DNA from: Candidatus Micrarchaeota archaeon
GTDB lineage: Archaea > Micrarchaeota > Micrarchaeia > Anstonellales > Bilamarchaeaceae
Direction: 5' to 3'
Length of the DNA stretch: 64,000 nucleotides
Assembly (NCBI GenBank): GCA_038046805.1
Contig: JBBSVO010000004.1
Coordinates: forward strand, 1 to 64,000
Made by a program: the position numbers and the translations under genes. How positions within the stretch are numbered: position 1 is the first letter of the stretch; each line of letters starts with the position of its first letter. Below, piece after piece: positions 29,207 through 39,138 of the stretch. The notes below the pieces were generated by a model that saw only the letters and a program-made list of their open reading frames with translations, did no database searches and was not told the DNA's origin.

Positions 29207-30179
29207 TCATCTCAACCCTGTAATTCTGAATTGGCTTCCAATATTGAATAGGATGCGTTCCGTATTGTTTGAACAATACTTCCCCCGCATAAGCAATCAT
29301 TGCCCCGTTATCCCGATTAAATTCGTCTGGAGCAACTCCAATTTGCACGCTATCTTCTTTACACATGGTTTTTAGCATTTCCCGGAGCCTGCTGTTTTGC
29401 GCGACTCCGCCACAAACTATCAGTTTTTTCTTTTTCGTAAGGAAAAGCGCCCTTTCAGTTGCCTCACAAAGCATTGCAAAAGAGGTTTCGAACAGCGAGT
29501 ATGCAATGTCCTCTTTTTTTGCGCCTTCACGTACGAGTTTTTCCGCTTGAGTAAGAAGTCCGGAAAATACGAGATTCATTCCCTTTACCGTATACGGCAA
29601 TTCGATATATTTCCCGTTCTCTGCAAGTTTAGCAAGAACCGTGCCATGAGCATATTCCAATCCGATCGCACGTCCAAAGCTGTCGAACAGGTTTCCTACG
29701 CCGATATCAAGGGTTTCTCCGAGAACGTGGATTGACGGATGCTTTGCATTGCTATTCGGTTCTTCTGTTAAAATCTGGGTATTTCCGCCGCTTACATATA
29801 GAACAAGAGGGTTTGAAAGTCCGGTGAGATGTTCACTTATTTTCACATGCGCGTACGCGTGGTTAATCCCTATTACTTTTTTGTTGAATTTTGCAGCAAG
29901 ATATTTCGCCCCAATTATCCCAACGCGAAGAGGTGCGCCTATTCCAGGGCCCTGAGCAAAGGCAATAAGATCAATGTCTTCTATGCTTACCTTGGCTTTG
30001 CTTAGACTCTCTTGCAACACATTAACGAAAACATCTGAATGGTGATCCGCTGCCTTTCTAGGGTATATCCCTTCTCCTATCGGCTTATATGTATCCATTG
30101 AATTGGAAAGTACTTCCCCATCCTTGACTATTCCAATGCCAAGCGTATGTGCGGTGCTTTCTATTCCTAGCGTTATCAT
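29178..30179 (-). CDS. kae1: tRNA N6-threonylcarbamoyltransferase Kae1
   Basis: LGIESTAHT, QGPGIG, HAYAH, VSGGNT, DNGAMIA. Confidence 0.96.
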   Translation of the reverse strand: MITLGIESTAHTLGIGIVKDGEVLSNSMDTYKPIGEGIYPRKAADHHSDVFVNVLQESLSKAKVSIEDIDLIAFAQGPGIGAPLRVGIIGAKYLAAKFNKKVIGINHAYAHVKISEHLTGLSNPLVLYVSGGNTQILTEEPNSNAKHPSIHVLGETLDIGVGNLFDSFGRAIGLEYAHGTVLAKLAENGKYIELPYTVKGMNLVFSGLLTQAEKLVREGAKKEDIAYSLFETSFAMLCEATERALFLTKKKKLIVCGGVAQNSRLREMLKTMCKEDSVQIGVAPDEFNRDNGAMIAYAGEVLFKQYGTHPIQYWKPIQNYRVEMIKEIMTGKN

Positions 30180-30240
30180 TTAATCAACCTTATTCCGGCG
30201 GCCTCGCGCGTGAGCGCGATTTATCCTGCCGCCTTGAAAT

Positions 30241-30852
30241 TTACACCAATCTTAGCGTTCCTTGTATCACCATTAAGATAATTGATGTCACATTAAACAA
30301 GGCGTGCATGATAATTACCGTCAATATGCTTTTTGAATGTTTATACGCGATGGCAAGAGAGATTCCAAGCACGAACGCGCCCAAAATCTCAAAATAAGAA
30401 CCATACATGAGATGTGAGGCCGCAAATACAATTGATGATGCCAAAATCCCAAATCTTGCAGTCAAAAATCCTCTGAAGAACAATTCTTCGCTTATTGGGG
30501 CAAAAACAAATGAGAAAATAATAACATACAAGGGCAAATCCTGAAGCTTTCCAGAAATTTTTGATGCATCAGTTGTTCCGAATTGTTGTGCAATAAGTGA
30601 CATTAACATTCCAATTATCAAAAGCACAACAAATCCTACAAGTCCATATAATATCTTCTCTTTTAATTTACCGTCTAATCCGAGTTTTTGTTTAGTTGTT
30701 TTCCAGTTTTTTTCCCAGATGAAATAAGCTGCAATAAAAAATAGCGCTGCGTGCATGAATATTATTGGAATTGCCGGAATCCCAAGAATTAAAGTAATTG
30801 CTAGAGAAACCAAAGAAAAAAGAATCATTACAGCAAACTGAGTTTTCATCAT
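30241..30852 (-). CDS. CPBP (CAAX prenyl protease-like) intramembrane metalloprotease
   Basis: EELFFRG, FAASH, HALFN. Confidence 0.9.
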   Translation of the reverse strand: MMKTQFAVMILFSLVSLAITLILGIPAIPIIFMHAALFFIAAYFIWEKNWKTTKQKLGLDGKLKEKILYGLVGFVVLLIIGMLMSLIAQQFGTTDASKISGKLQDLPLYVIIFSFVFAPISEELFFRGFLTARFGILASSIVFAASHLMYGSYFEILGAFVLGISLAIAYKHSKSILTVIIMHALFNVTSIILMVIQGTLRLV

Positions 30853-30871
30853 CTTTGCCTTTTCGCATGAC

Positions 30872-31033
30872 TTACTTCTTTTCAAAATAGCCGCATTTTC
30901 CACAGGAACGTCTGTTGTTGTGCTCTGCCAACCTTACACCAGTACCACATTTCGGGCAGTTCTTTCCTGGTTTATATGGTTTTGTTTTCTTTACTTTTTT
31001 CTCTTTTTTCGGAGCAGGTTTTTGTTCAGCCAT
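30872..31033 (-). CDS. rps27ae: 30S ribosomal protein S27ae (not in ORF track)
   Basis: Translated by hand: ...[29 protein letters not shown]; follows S24e. Confidence 0.95.
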   Translation of the reverse strand: MAEQKPAPKKEKKVKKTKPYKPGKNCPKCGTGVRLAEHNNRRSCGKCGYFEKK

Positions 31034-31061
31034 CATAATCACCATATTTTAGTTAAATCAT

Positions 31062-31397
31062 TTATTTCTTCTTAGCTGGCGCAGCCGTTTTCTTTTCTTT
31101 CTTCTTTTTCTCTTTTTTCGGTGCAAGTCCTTCGCGTACTAGCACGAAATTAGGTTCATTCTTTTTCATTGTTTCTGCATTGTCATATGAATGCATCAAG
31201 ACTGCAACTTCCTGCTTTCCGAATTCGTTTTTTATCTTTCTTATGACGCACACTTCAGGGTTTGCTCCAACCTTTCCTGCGAGTTCGGCTTTTATTTCCG
31301 CCTTTTTGGGTGTCGAACCAACGAATGAAACATCAGCCTTTATCTCTTTTCTTTCATATAGCTTGTTTTCAGTAGTATCTGTAATTTCGACTTTCAT
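31062..31397 (-). CDS. rps24e: 30S ribosomal protein S24e
   Basis: ENKLYERKEI, STP, NEFG, Y...EP. Confidence 0.92.
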   Translation of the reverse strand: MKVEITDTTENKLYERKEIKADVSFVGSTPKKAEIKAELAGKVGANPEVCVIRKIKNEFGKQEVAVLMHSYDNAETMKKNEPNFVLVREGLAPKKEKKKKEKKTAAPAKKK

Positions 31398-31407
31398 AAA
31401 AACACCT

Positions 31408-31797
31408 TTATCTTATTCTTTCAACCTTTCTTCTTCCCATTGCCTCTAGAATTTCTGCTTCTTTTCCTGCAGCAGCATCTTTTAGAAGTTCGTCCGGAAT
31501 CTCCAGATCATACATTTCGTATGTCTGCTGATCCATAACCTTTGCAGTTTTGCCTTCTATAGACATTATCTGAATATTTTTCCTTCCAATTACCGGGACT
31601 ACGACGTCTGCATCACCCGGGGTTAGCATAACCTTTTTTTGATTTTCGAATATTCCAATACCTGTTATTCTCATTTTAGCCGCACCATGCTTTCCTGGCT
31701 TGGAGCTTTCAATTTCGACTACTCTGCAGGGAATATCATCTATTATGAGGTATCTTCCTTCTCTTAATTCCTTTGCGACCATATATGTTGTTTCCAT
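31408..31797 (-). CDS. eif5a: Translation factor aIF5A
   Basis: SKPGKHGAAK hypusine loop. Confidence 0.96.
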   Translation of the reverse strand: METTYMVAKELREGRYLIIDDIPCRVVEIESSKPGKHGAAKMRITGIGIFENQKKVMLTPGDADVVVPVIGRKNIQIMSIEGKTAKVMDQQTYEMYDLEIPDELLKDAAAGKEAEILEAMGRRKVERIR

Positions 31798-32032
31798 TAA
31801 TACACCTGGATTCCAATAGAACTGAGGATGTCAAACTGCTCGTCAGCAACCACTCGTCATAGATGGGTGGCATGCTCACTTTGTTCGGGTGAACTAGCCG
31901 GAGAAGTTTGACAGCTGGAGAATTCCATCATAAGGCAATGCTTAGTGGCCCCCAACAATACATACTAGTGGAATTCTACGGATTTTAATTAGGATGTGAG
32001 GGTTTAAAAAGGTTTGATAAACCGTTATTTCC

Positions 32033-32740
32033 ATGTTCCTTATAGATTCCCATTGCCATCTTGAATCGTTAAAGGCATACCTTCCTTCCGAGAATGTTTT
32101 ACCCATCACGTGCGGTTACTCTCATATATCTAATTTGAAGAATCTTGAAATTGCACGAAGGTTCAGGCTTCCTTTTTGCCTTGGTATCGCGCCACAAACA
32201 GCGATAAAACAGGGAACAACCAAGCTTGAAGAATGGTGCGAAACGATTCGAAAAAATAAACCAAATGCAATCGGAGAGATCGGTCTTGATTATCACTGGG
32301 CAGAAAACGATGCACATATTGCAAGTGAACGGATTGTTTTTGACAGGATGATCTCTCTTGCTGAAGAAATGGAATTACCAGTTGTTATTCATTCCCGCAA
32401 GGCAGAGAACGATGCTCTTTTGGAATTGAAAAAAAGAAAATTTGAAAACGGGATAATGATGCATTTCTTTTCCGGAACTGTAAAAGATGCAGAACTTGCT
32501 CTTTCTATGGGCGCTATTATTTCTGTCATTTGCCTGCATTCAAAGTCCCGCAAGGACGTGATTAAGCTTGCGCCGTTGGAATCCCTTGTTATAGAAACAG
32601 ATGCTCCTTATGTTGGAAGAAAGCCAGAAGATGTAATCGAAGCTGCGAAATATGTCGCAGAAGTCAAGGGCCTGGATGTTGAAATTGTCGCGAACCAGAC
32701 TGCAAAGAATGCTGCCAAGTTTTTTAAGATAAAGCTATGA
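32033..32740 (+). CDS. tatD: TatD family nuclease
   Basis: IDSHCH, AIGEIGLDY, IHSR, IETDAPY. Confidence 0.94.
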   Translation: MFLIDSHCHLESLKAYLPSENVLPITCGYSHISNLKNLEIARRFRLPFCLGIAPQTAIKQGTTKLEEWCETIRKNKPNAIGEIGLDYHWAENDAHIASERIVFDRMISLAEEMELPVVIHSRKAENDALLELKKRKFENGIMMHFFSGTVKDAELALSMGAIISVICLHSKSRKDVIKLAPLESLVIETDAPYVGRKPEDVIEAAKYVAEVKGLDVEIVANQTAKNAAKFFKIKL

Positions 32741-32756
32741 AATATCTTTGGTTGTT

Positions 32757-33251
32757 ATGGGTATTTTTGACAAGATTTTTAAAAAAGAAAAACCAGATAT
32801 TGCAATTCTCGTTGATGGACCGAACATTATCCGAAAATCATTCGGTATAGATTTGGCCGAAGTCAAACGTGAGGTTTCCAAGTATGGGAATATTCGCGTA
32901 GCTAAGGTTTATCTTGATCAGTATGCTTCAGATAAATTAATTGAGGCAATGGTTAATCAGGGATTTGAGACTAAAACCACTACGGGTGACGTAGACGTTA
33001 CAATGGCAATTGAAGGAATGGAACTTGTTCTTGATCCAAACATAGATATTCTTGCTTTTATGACACGGGATACTGATTATCTTCCAGTTTTGGTAAAAGC
33101 AAAGGCACGCGGTAAGAAAACAATGATAATCGCAACAGATTTTGGTTTTAGCGCAGCTCTTAGAAATTCTGCAGATACTGTTCTTCTTGTGAAAGGAAGA
33201 GGAATTGTTGAAAAAACCGAGAATCAGTCTGAGGTGTCTAAATCACTGTAA
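32757..33251 (+). CDS. NYN-domain protein
   Basis: LVDGPNI, GDVDV, TRDTDY, ALRNSAD. Confidence 0.9.
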   Translation: MGIFDKIFKKEKPDIAILVDGPNIIRKSFGIDLAEVKREVSKYGNIRVAKVYLDQYASDKLIEAMVNQGFETKTTTGDVDVTMAIEGMELVLDPNIDILAFMTRDTDYLPVLVKAKARGKKTMIIATDFGFSAALRNSADTVLLVKGRGIVEKTENQSEVSKSL

Positions 33252-33787
33252 GCTACACAACCAAATCTTCTTCTTGCCATCCTTTTTGTCTTCGCTGCGG
33301 GAATTGTTGCACTAGATTCGGCGTTTGTGTTACTCCTTTTGACATTGAACGAATAAAGAAAGAAACGGGTCTGAAACCAGAGGAATTTCTTGATATTGTT
33401 CCTGATTTTCCAAATCGAGAGAGAAAAGAGCCTGCGATTCTGATAGATGGAAAACCTTTCATCCTTGTCCTAAAAAGAAAGCGGAAACAGGACGAAATTT
33501 GCAATTTTTATTCTGAAGACGGACAGGGTTGCATGATTTACGATTCAAGGCCAATGCTCTGCAGAACATATCCGTTTATCGTGCGGAACAACAAACTTTT
33601 GGACGTAAATTCTCGTGCGTGTGTTGAATGCTGGTATCCAGGTAGCCCAGACAAAGAGCAATATCTGGTCGACCTTAAGATATACGGGCGGAACATCTCC
33701 AAATACAAAAAAATCGCGGAAAAATGGAACAAAAAAGGCGGGGGTAGTTTCAAGGAGTTTTTGAGGTTTATCTCAAAGGATAAGTAA
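33242..33787 (+). CDS. YkgJ-family Cys-cluster protein lacking a canonical start (ATC)
   Basis: Frame is open from 33242: CLRCGNCC...CNFY...CMIYDSRPMLCRTYPF; ORF track shows only the C-terminal 84 aa. Confidence 0.8.
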   Translation: MTVSYTTKSSSCHPFCLRCGNCCTRFGVCVTPFDIERIKKETGLKPEEFLDIVPDFPNRERKEPAILIDGKPFILVLKRKRKQDEICNFYSEDGQGCMIYDSRPMLCRTYPFIVRNNKLLDVNSRACVECWYPGSPDKEQYLVDLKIYGRNISKYKKIAEKWNKKGGGSFKEFLRFISKDK

Positions 33788-33869
33788 AATTTCAGTCAAT
33801 TATTCCATATGGAATAATTCTTTCAACACTATTTATAAATATAGAATGAGTTAGTCAACTGGTGGTATA

Positions 33870-35027
33870 ATGTCTTCTAAAAACTATTTGTTTACGTCAG
33901 AATCAGTAACAGAAGGTCATCCGGATAAGATATGTGATCAGATATCAGATTCGGTTCTTGACGAGCTTATAAAACAGGATCCAAAATCAAGAGTAGCTGT
34001 TGAAACAGCAGTTACTACAGGATTGGCTGTTGTAATGGGCGAAGTAACTACAAAAGGATATGTGGAAATTCAGCAGGTTGCAAGGGACGTAATACGGGAT
34101 ATCGGTTACACTTCTCCAGAATATCAATTCGATTATCAATCATGCGGCGTACTTGTTTCTATTCATGCGCAATCCCCGGATATCGCACAAGGTGTGAACG
34201 ACGTACAACACGAGCAAGGTGCTGGTGATCAGGGGATTATGTTTGGCTATGCGAATAACGAAACTCCAGAGCTTATGCCATTGCCGATTATGCTGGCGCA
34301 CAAAATGGCACATAAGCTTTCAGAAGTAAGAAAGAACAAAATCCTGCCTTATCTCAGACCAGATGGGAAGACGCAAGTTACTGTGGAGTACATAGATCAT
34401 AAAGCAGTTCGGGTTCATACAGTTGTTATTGCTGCGCAGCACGATCCAAACATTACCCAGGAAAAAATCAAGGAAGATATTCTTCAGTGCGTCATAAAAC
34501 CCGTTTGTGGCAATCTTTTGGACGATAAAACAGTTATTCATGTTAATGGAACAGGAAAATTCGTTATTGGTGGGCCAGCAGGAGATACTGGTGTAACCGG
34601 AAGAAAAATTATTGTTGATACCTATGGTGGGCGTGGCCACCATGGTGGGGGGTGTTTCTCAGGTAAAGATCCTTCCAAGGTTGATCGTTCTGGCGCGTAT
34701 ATGGCACGATATGTTGCAAAAAACATTGTCGCAGCCGGCCTAGCAGATCAGTGCGAAGTTCAAATTTCATACGTAATAGGGGTTGCAAAGCCGCTTTCCG
34801 TATTTGTTGACACGCGCGGAACCGCAAAGATTCCGGTTGAAAAAATCCAGGATTTGATACTTAAACATTTTTCATTCAAGCCCGCAGATATGGTTAAGCG
34901 ACTCGATCTTCTCCGTCCGATTTACAAGAAAACCGCGGCTTATGGCCATTTTGGAAGAAATGATCCAGACTTCACATGGGAGAAAACAGATGTAGCCGAT
35001 GTTTTGAGAAAAGAGGCTTATTTGTAA
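33870..35027 (+). CDS. metK: S-adenosylmethionine synthetase, bacterial/eukaryotic type
   Basis: [40 protein letters not shown]. Confidence 0.98.
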   Translation: MSSKNYLFTSESVTEGHPDKICDQISDSVLDELIKQDPKSRVAVETAVTTGLAVVMGEVTTKGYVEIQQVARDVIRDIGYTSPEYQFDYQSCGVLVSIHAQSPDIAQGVNDVQHEQGAGDQGIMFGYANNETPELMPLPIMLAHKMAHKLSEVRKNKILPYLRPDGKTQVTVEYIDHKAVRVHTVVIAAQHDPNITQEKIKEDILQCVIKPVCGNLLDDKTVIHVNGTGKFVIGGPAGDTGVTGRKIIVDTYGGRGHHGGGCFSGKDPSKVDRSGAYMARYVAKNIVAAGLADQCEVQISYVIGVAKPLSVFVDTRGTAKIPVEKIQDLILKHFSFKPADMVKRLDLLRPIYKKTAAYGHFGRNDPDFTWEKTDVADVLRKEAYL

Positions 35028-35173
35028 TATTTCCTGGTAGCATCACCAGCGTCTGTGTTTTTAAACATTGATTATTAGAATATACCTGTTAATCAAATCG
35101 GTTGACTTTTGAGTGGCTATTTGTTTGATTTAATCAAACCACGAGTTCACTCGATAAATATGAGGTGTATACA

Positions 35174-35320
35174 ATGGGATATGAAGATAGAGGCGGAGAC
35201 AGAACAATGTACGATGCAGTTTGTGCAAAGTGCGGTCAAGCTTGTCAAGTGCCATTTAAACCTACCGAAGGTAGGCCGGTTCATTGCAGAGCTTGTTATA
35301 AACCAAGACCAAGATTCTAA
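35174..35320 (+). CDS. CxxC-x17-CxxC zinc-ribbon protein (48 aa, not in ORF track)
   Basis: Translated by hand: MGYEDRGGDRTMYDAVCAKCGQACQVPFKPTEGRPVHCRACYKPRPRF; GAGGTG SD. Confidence 0.9.
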   Translation: MGYEDRGGDRTMYDAVCAKCGQACQVPFKPTEGRPVHCRACYKPRPRF

Positions 35321-35423
35321 TAATTAACAAATGTTGTTATTGGAATTTCTTTTGTTTTTTATTTATTTTTTCATGCTAGTTTTTAAAAAGTGAATTTAAA
35401 AAGATAATATACGAATCGAACTC

Positions 35424-35846
35424 ATGTTGTCTAGCAAAACGCAAATCAGACTCGATTATCTTCTTGTAGTTTTTGTATCATCGCTTGTGTCGGCCTTGAT
35501 TCTAATGCTCGTTAATTGGTCAACTGGAATCTATTTGCTTTCTACAGGGAACGGTTATTGGATTGCACTTGTTCTATTTTCGTTTTTTTCATTTCTTATT
35601 TCAATTTATGTTTACAAATTCACGAAAGATGATGTCGGCAGTTTGTCTGTGGCGTTTTTCCTGTTTCTTCTAGGAATATACCTCTTAATGACGTACTTAA
35701 GCGAGCTATCTGGCTACAATTCATCCGGAGCAAACATGTTCTCAACTATATGGTCCAACCTATTCTCCACAATTGTTTTTGCCTTTTTGCTGTATGCGAT
35801 GTTTGGGTTGAAGAATCTCCTCGTGAGGCCAATTAAGAAAAGTTAA
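35424..35846 (+). CDS. Hypothetical membrane protein
   Basis: Four hydrophobic segments. Confidence 0.65.
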   Translation: MLSSKTQIRLDYLLVVFVSSLVSALILMLVNWSTGIYLLSTGNGYWIALVLFSFFSFLISIYVYKFTKDDVGSLSVAFFLFLLGIYLLMTYLSELSGYNSSGANMFSTIWSNLFSTIVFAFLLYAMFGLKNLLVRPIKKS

Positions 35847-35871
35847 AATAGTTTGAGGGATAACTGAAAAC

Positions 35872-37065
35872 ATGAAAAATACTTATTTGTTAGTTGTTCT
35901 TTTTGTTGCTTTTGTTCTTGTTGTTGGTTGTGTGCAGCAGCAAACTAATGTATCTGATAATATTTCAGATAAACTAAGTACGAAAACTGAACAAAAAGCA
36001 GAACAAAATTCAGTCGCTGAACTAGTTCTAGATAATCAAAGTACGAATTATAGTAAAAATGACTCGATAAATGTCATGTCCGACAAAGCCCCGGAAAAAA
36101 ATGAAACAAAAAAAACCGTTGAGTTGCAAAAAGGCGTAGCGGATCCTTATATTGAAGTAGATACGTACGTGCCCGATAAAGCTTGGATTGGTTATACATT
36201 ATTTCCAGATAATCACGATCCGGCCAATCCACGGGTTCTAGAAGTAAATATGCTTGGCGAAGTCGTCTGGGAATACAATCTTCCTGTGGAATTCAGTGGA
36301 TATACTAATCCTGGTTTTGATGTTGAATTGCTATCGAATAACAATATTCAGATAGTTGTACCGCGCAAGGGGATTTTTGAGGTCGACAAATCTGGGAATA
36401 TCGTTTGGCAATATAGAACTGAAAAGGTATCTCATGATGCAGATAGACTGCCTAATGGGAACATACTGTTTGCATTTGGTAACGAGGATAAAATAACTGA
36501 TGCCCAGGTAAAGGAAGTAACTCCAGAAGGAGAGGTAGTCTGGGCATGGTATGCAAAAGACGAATATGATAAATCGCCTTACAAAGAGATTTCCAAACAA
36601 GGCTGGACGCATACAAACGCAGTATTGAGAATGGATAATGGAGATACGCTCATTAGTCCAAGGAATTTTAACATGCTAATCGAAGTGGATAAGGCAGGCA
36701 AGATTGTCAAAACAATCGGCAATGGTTTAATGAAATACCAACACGACCCGGTTTTTTTATCTAATGGGAATTTATTATTTGCGAATCATGACAAACCTAA
36801 CGAAGTGATAGAAATAGATCCGAATACAACTGAGGTTATCTGGAAGTTCACCATAAGTAAGCCATCTATGGCACCTGTAAGAGATGTGAACAGGTTGCCT
36901 AACGGAAACACATTGATAACCGGTTCTAGTGCGCTTATAGAGGTTACACCCGATGGTGAGATTGTCTGGCGTCTGAAACTCAAGAACGTTGAGCTTACTC
37001 AAAGCACAGCATCACAAAAAGGTTTTTACAAGGCCGAAAGGATTGAAAAAATAATTGGAGATTAA
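35872..37065 (+). CDS. Arylsulfotransferase-like beta-propeller, exported
   Basis: Signal ending VVGC; SHDADRLPNGN, WTHTNAV, QHDP; repeated GEVVW blades. Confidence 0.8.
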   Translation: MKNTYLLVVLFVAFVLVVGCVQQQTNVSDNISDKLSTKTEQKAEQNSVAELVLDNQSTNYSKNDSINVMSDKAPEKNETKKTVELQKGVADPYIEVDTYVPDKAWIGYTLFPDNHDPANPRVLEVNMLGEVVWEYNLPVEFSGYTNPGFDVELLSNNNIQIVVPRKGIFEVDKSGNIVWQYRTEKVSHDADRLPNGNILFAFGNEDKITDAQVKEVTPEGEVVWAWYAKDEYDKSPYKEISKQGWTHTNAVLRMDNGDTLISPRNFNMLIEVDKAGKIVKTIGNGLMKYQHDPVFLSNGNLLFANHDKPNEVIEIDPNTTEVIWKFTISKPSMAPVRDVNRLPNGNTLITGSSALIEVTPDGEIVWRLKLKNVELTQSTASQKGFYKAERIEKIIGD

Positions 37066-37105
37066 TCAGCATATTTAAATAACAAATTATAGACAATGTT
37101 AGTTA

Positions 37106-37474
37106 ATGACTTTTAAGATAGAAGGTTATCGTAGATCATATTCTTCTAGTACTACGCGACAGCATAAGATAGAACAGAATGGTATGTTCGCATCTAAAGA
37201 ATTCTCCAAGCTAAGAGAACCAAAATGGACGTGCAGCCAGATTAGAGGCGCGCTAGATGATTTTGTAAGAAGGGATTTTCACATACCTTTAGATTCTCGG
37301 TCAGAAGTTGCATTTGGTAAACATTTAACGGATTGCAGAAGTTGTAGCTCCTTAATTCCAAAAGTAATTAATAAAATTCAAAATCCTGGGGTTCCGTTTA
37401 CGACGGTTGCACCAGACGCAGATGAACAAGAGAAAAGAATACGCCTAATAATCAAAACTCTTTTTGTAAAGTAA
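37106..37474 (+). CDS. Hypothetical protein with zf-HC2-like HxxxCxxC motif
   Basis: TCSQIR...HLTDCRSC. Confidence 0.55.
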   Translation: MTFKIEGYRRSYSSSTTRQHKIEQNGMFASKEFSKLREPKWTCSQIRGALDDFVRRDFHIPLDSRSEVAFGKHLTDCRSCSSLIPKVINKIQNPGVPFTTVAPDADEQEKRIRLIIKTLFVK

Positions 37475-37523
37475 CTTCGATCTAAGATCGTATTTAAAAA
37501 GTTGTTCCGTCTAATTTATTTTG

Positions 37524-39119
37524 ATGGACTCAATTTACGAAGAATTCAACAAGAAATGGAAAACCGTTTCAAAATTAGTGCTCGGAGAAGAGGTAGGCGA
37601 GCTTGCTGATTTCGAGAAATGGCTGATGGGAACCAGCAGGGCTGCGCTTGAGCGGAAATCCACCATTTCCGGAAAGAGCGTGAGATTCGTATTGCCTTAT
37701 TATTCTGATTCTGCAAAGTTCGCGTCGCTCGACGAGGTAGATTTGCTCAAAAAATTTGATCCCCTGGATATAAATGAGATCAAAGACCTTGACAGCATTA
37801 TTGAAGCGGTAAAGGAACGCGTTATTTATACGGGTAGTGTTCATCTTGGGGAATGCAAATTTTTATCTGAAAGCACAGATATTGTTTCTTCATCTTATGT
37901 CTACAAATCTGCGCAAGTGGCGTATTCCAAATGGATTGCGTATGGCTATAACATGGAAAATTGCGAATATCTTTTTGGATGCCAGAATACTGGATATGGC
38001 ACCCAGTTTTCAATTAAATGTAGTGGTGCAGACACGCAGGTAAGGTGCCTGCAAAACCATTCGACAAGTAAATGCCAGGATTGCTACTTTTCCAACTCAC
38101 TTATTGGTGCTAAAAACTGCTTATTCTCATTTGGACTTAGGAATGCAGCTTATTGTGTTGGGAATCTACAATTATCCCCTGAAGAATATGCCCGGATTAA
38201 AAAGAAGCTTTTGGAAGATGTTGTGGATGATCTCAAGAGAAAGAAAACCCTTCCTGAGCTTGAAGATTTCTTTGTGTCATTTGAGCCAAACCTTACAAAA
38301 GGCAGGGCAATCCTTTCAAAGCCAAAAGAGCCGGAGAAATTAGACAAGGAGATTATCGAGGATGCGTTCCGGAAAACAACAAAAATCGTGTTTGGGAAAG
38401 AACTTTCCGGGCTGGACCGATATGGTTCGTGGCTGAAACAGCATACGCGCGATCTGAAAATTTGCAAATCGGTTTTATCCGGAGCGCGGATCATTGTTCC
38501 GGATTACTCAAACCTTTATCATTATCCTGAGAATCGGTTCGTGACTGAGGATGAAATCCTGTTGGTTGGGAAAAATCTTGCCATTGAAAAGGAGAAGCTT
38601 GCTGGTTTTAGCCTGAAAACAGCTGGCGAAATTGTAAATAATGTTGCGTTTTTTTGCGGAGCTGAGAATTGCGGAGTTTTAAAGAACAATATTGACAGCG
38701 AAATTAACATATCCTGCCAAAATTTTTATAAGAGCATTCTCAATGTTCAATGCAGGTTTGGTGCATTCAATTTCCATGGTCTTGAGTCAGAGTATTTGTT
38801 TGGAACGTATACTCTTCGCAGATCTTCCTTTTGCATAAGATGTTATCTGTCTGAAAATCTTACCCGTTGCTTTGAGGTCGATTCGTCCCGCTCCTGTGCG
38901 GACGCGTATTTCTGCCATAATTGCGAGAATGTCCGTGAGAGCATGTTCTGCTTTAATACTAAAAACAAGACTTATGCAATTGGTAATGTGGAATTGCCCA
39001 GAGAAGAATACCTGAAAATCAAGAGAAAAGTTTTGGATGGGATTGTGAATACGCTTGAAAGAGATGGGGCGTATAAGTTGGATGTATTTAATTTGGTTGA
39101 GAATGGTAAAGCGAAATAA
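37524..39119 (+). CDS. Cys-rich protein with internal tandem duplication
   Basis: Two homologous ~265-aa halves, each ending in YxxGNxxLxxEEYxxIK. Confidence 0.75.
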   Translation: MDSIYEEFNKKWKTVSKLVLGEEVGELADFEKWLMGTSRAALERKSTISGKSVRFVLPYYSDSAKFASLDEVDLLKKFDPLDINEIKDLDSIIEAVKERVIYTGSVHLGECKFLSESTDIVSSSYVYKSAQVAYSKWIAYGYNMENCEYLFGCQNTGYGTQFSIKCSGADTQVRCLQNHSTSKCQDCYFSNSLIGAKNCLFSFGLRNAAYCVGNLQLSPEEYARIKKKLLEDVVDDLKRKKTLPELEDFFVSFEPNLTKGRAILSKPKEPEKLDKEIIEDAFRKTTKIVFGKELSGLDRYGSWLKQHTRDLKICKSVLSGARIIVPDYSNLYHYPENRFVTEDEILLVGKNLAIEKEKLAGFSLKTAGEIVNNVAFFCGAENCGVLKNNIDSEINISCQNFYKSILNVQCRFGAFNFHGLESEYLFGTYTLRRSSFCIRCYLSENLTRCFEVDSSRSCADAYFCHNCENVRESMFCFNTKNKTYAIGNVELPREEYLKIKRKVLDGIVNTLERDGAYKLDVFNLVENGKAK

Positions 39120-39138
39120 GTTTGAGAAAAGACGAGAA

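Noticed and set aside
31829..31977. Fluoride riboswitch or hammerhead ribozyme
   Set aside because: GATGGAATTCTCC and CTGACGAG look-alikes occur on the minus strand, but the remaining consensus elements are missing.
35109..35327. 72-aa ORF in the track (also 16740-16952 and 16798-17010)
   Set aside because: Shadows of the real CxxC-x17-CxxC genes in another frame or strand.
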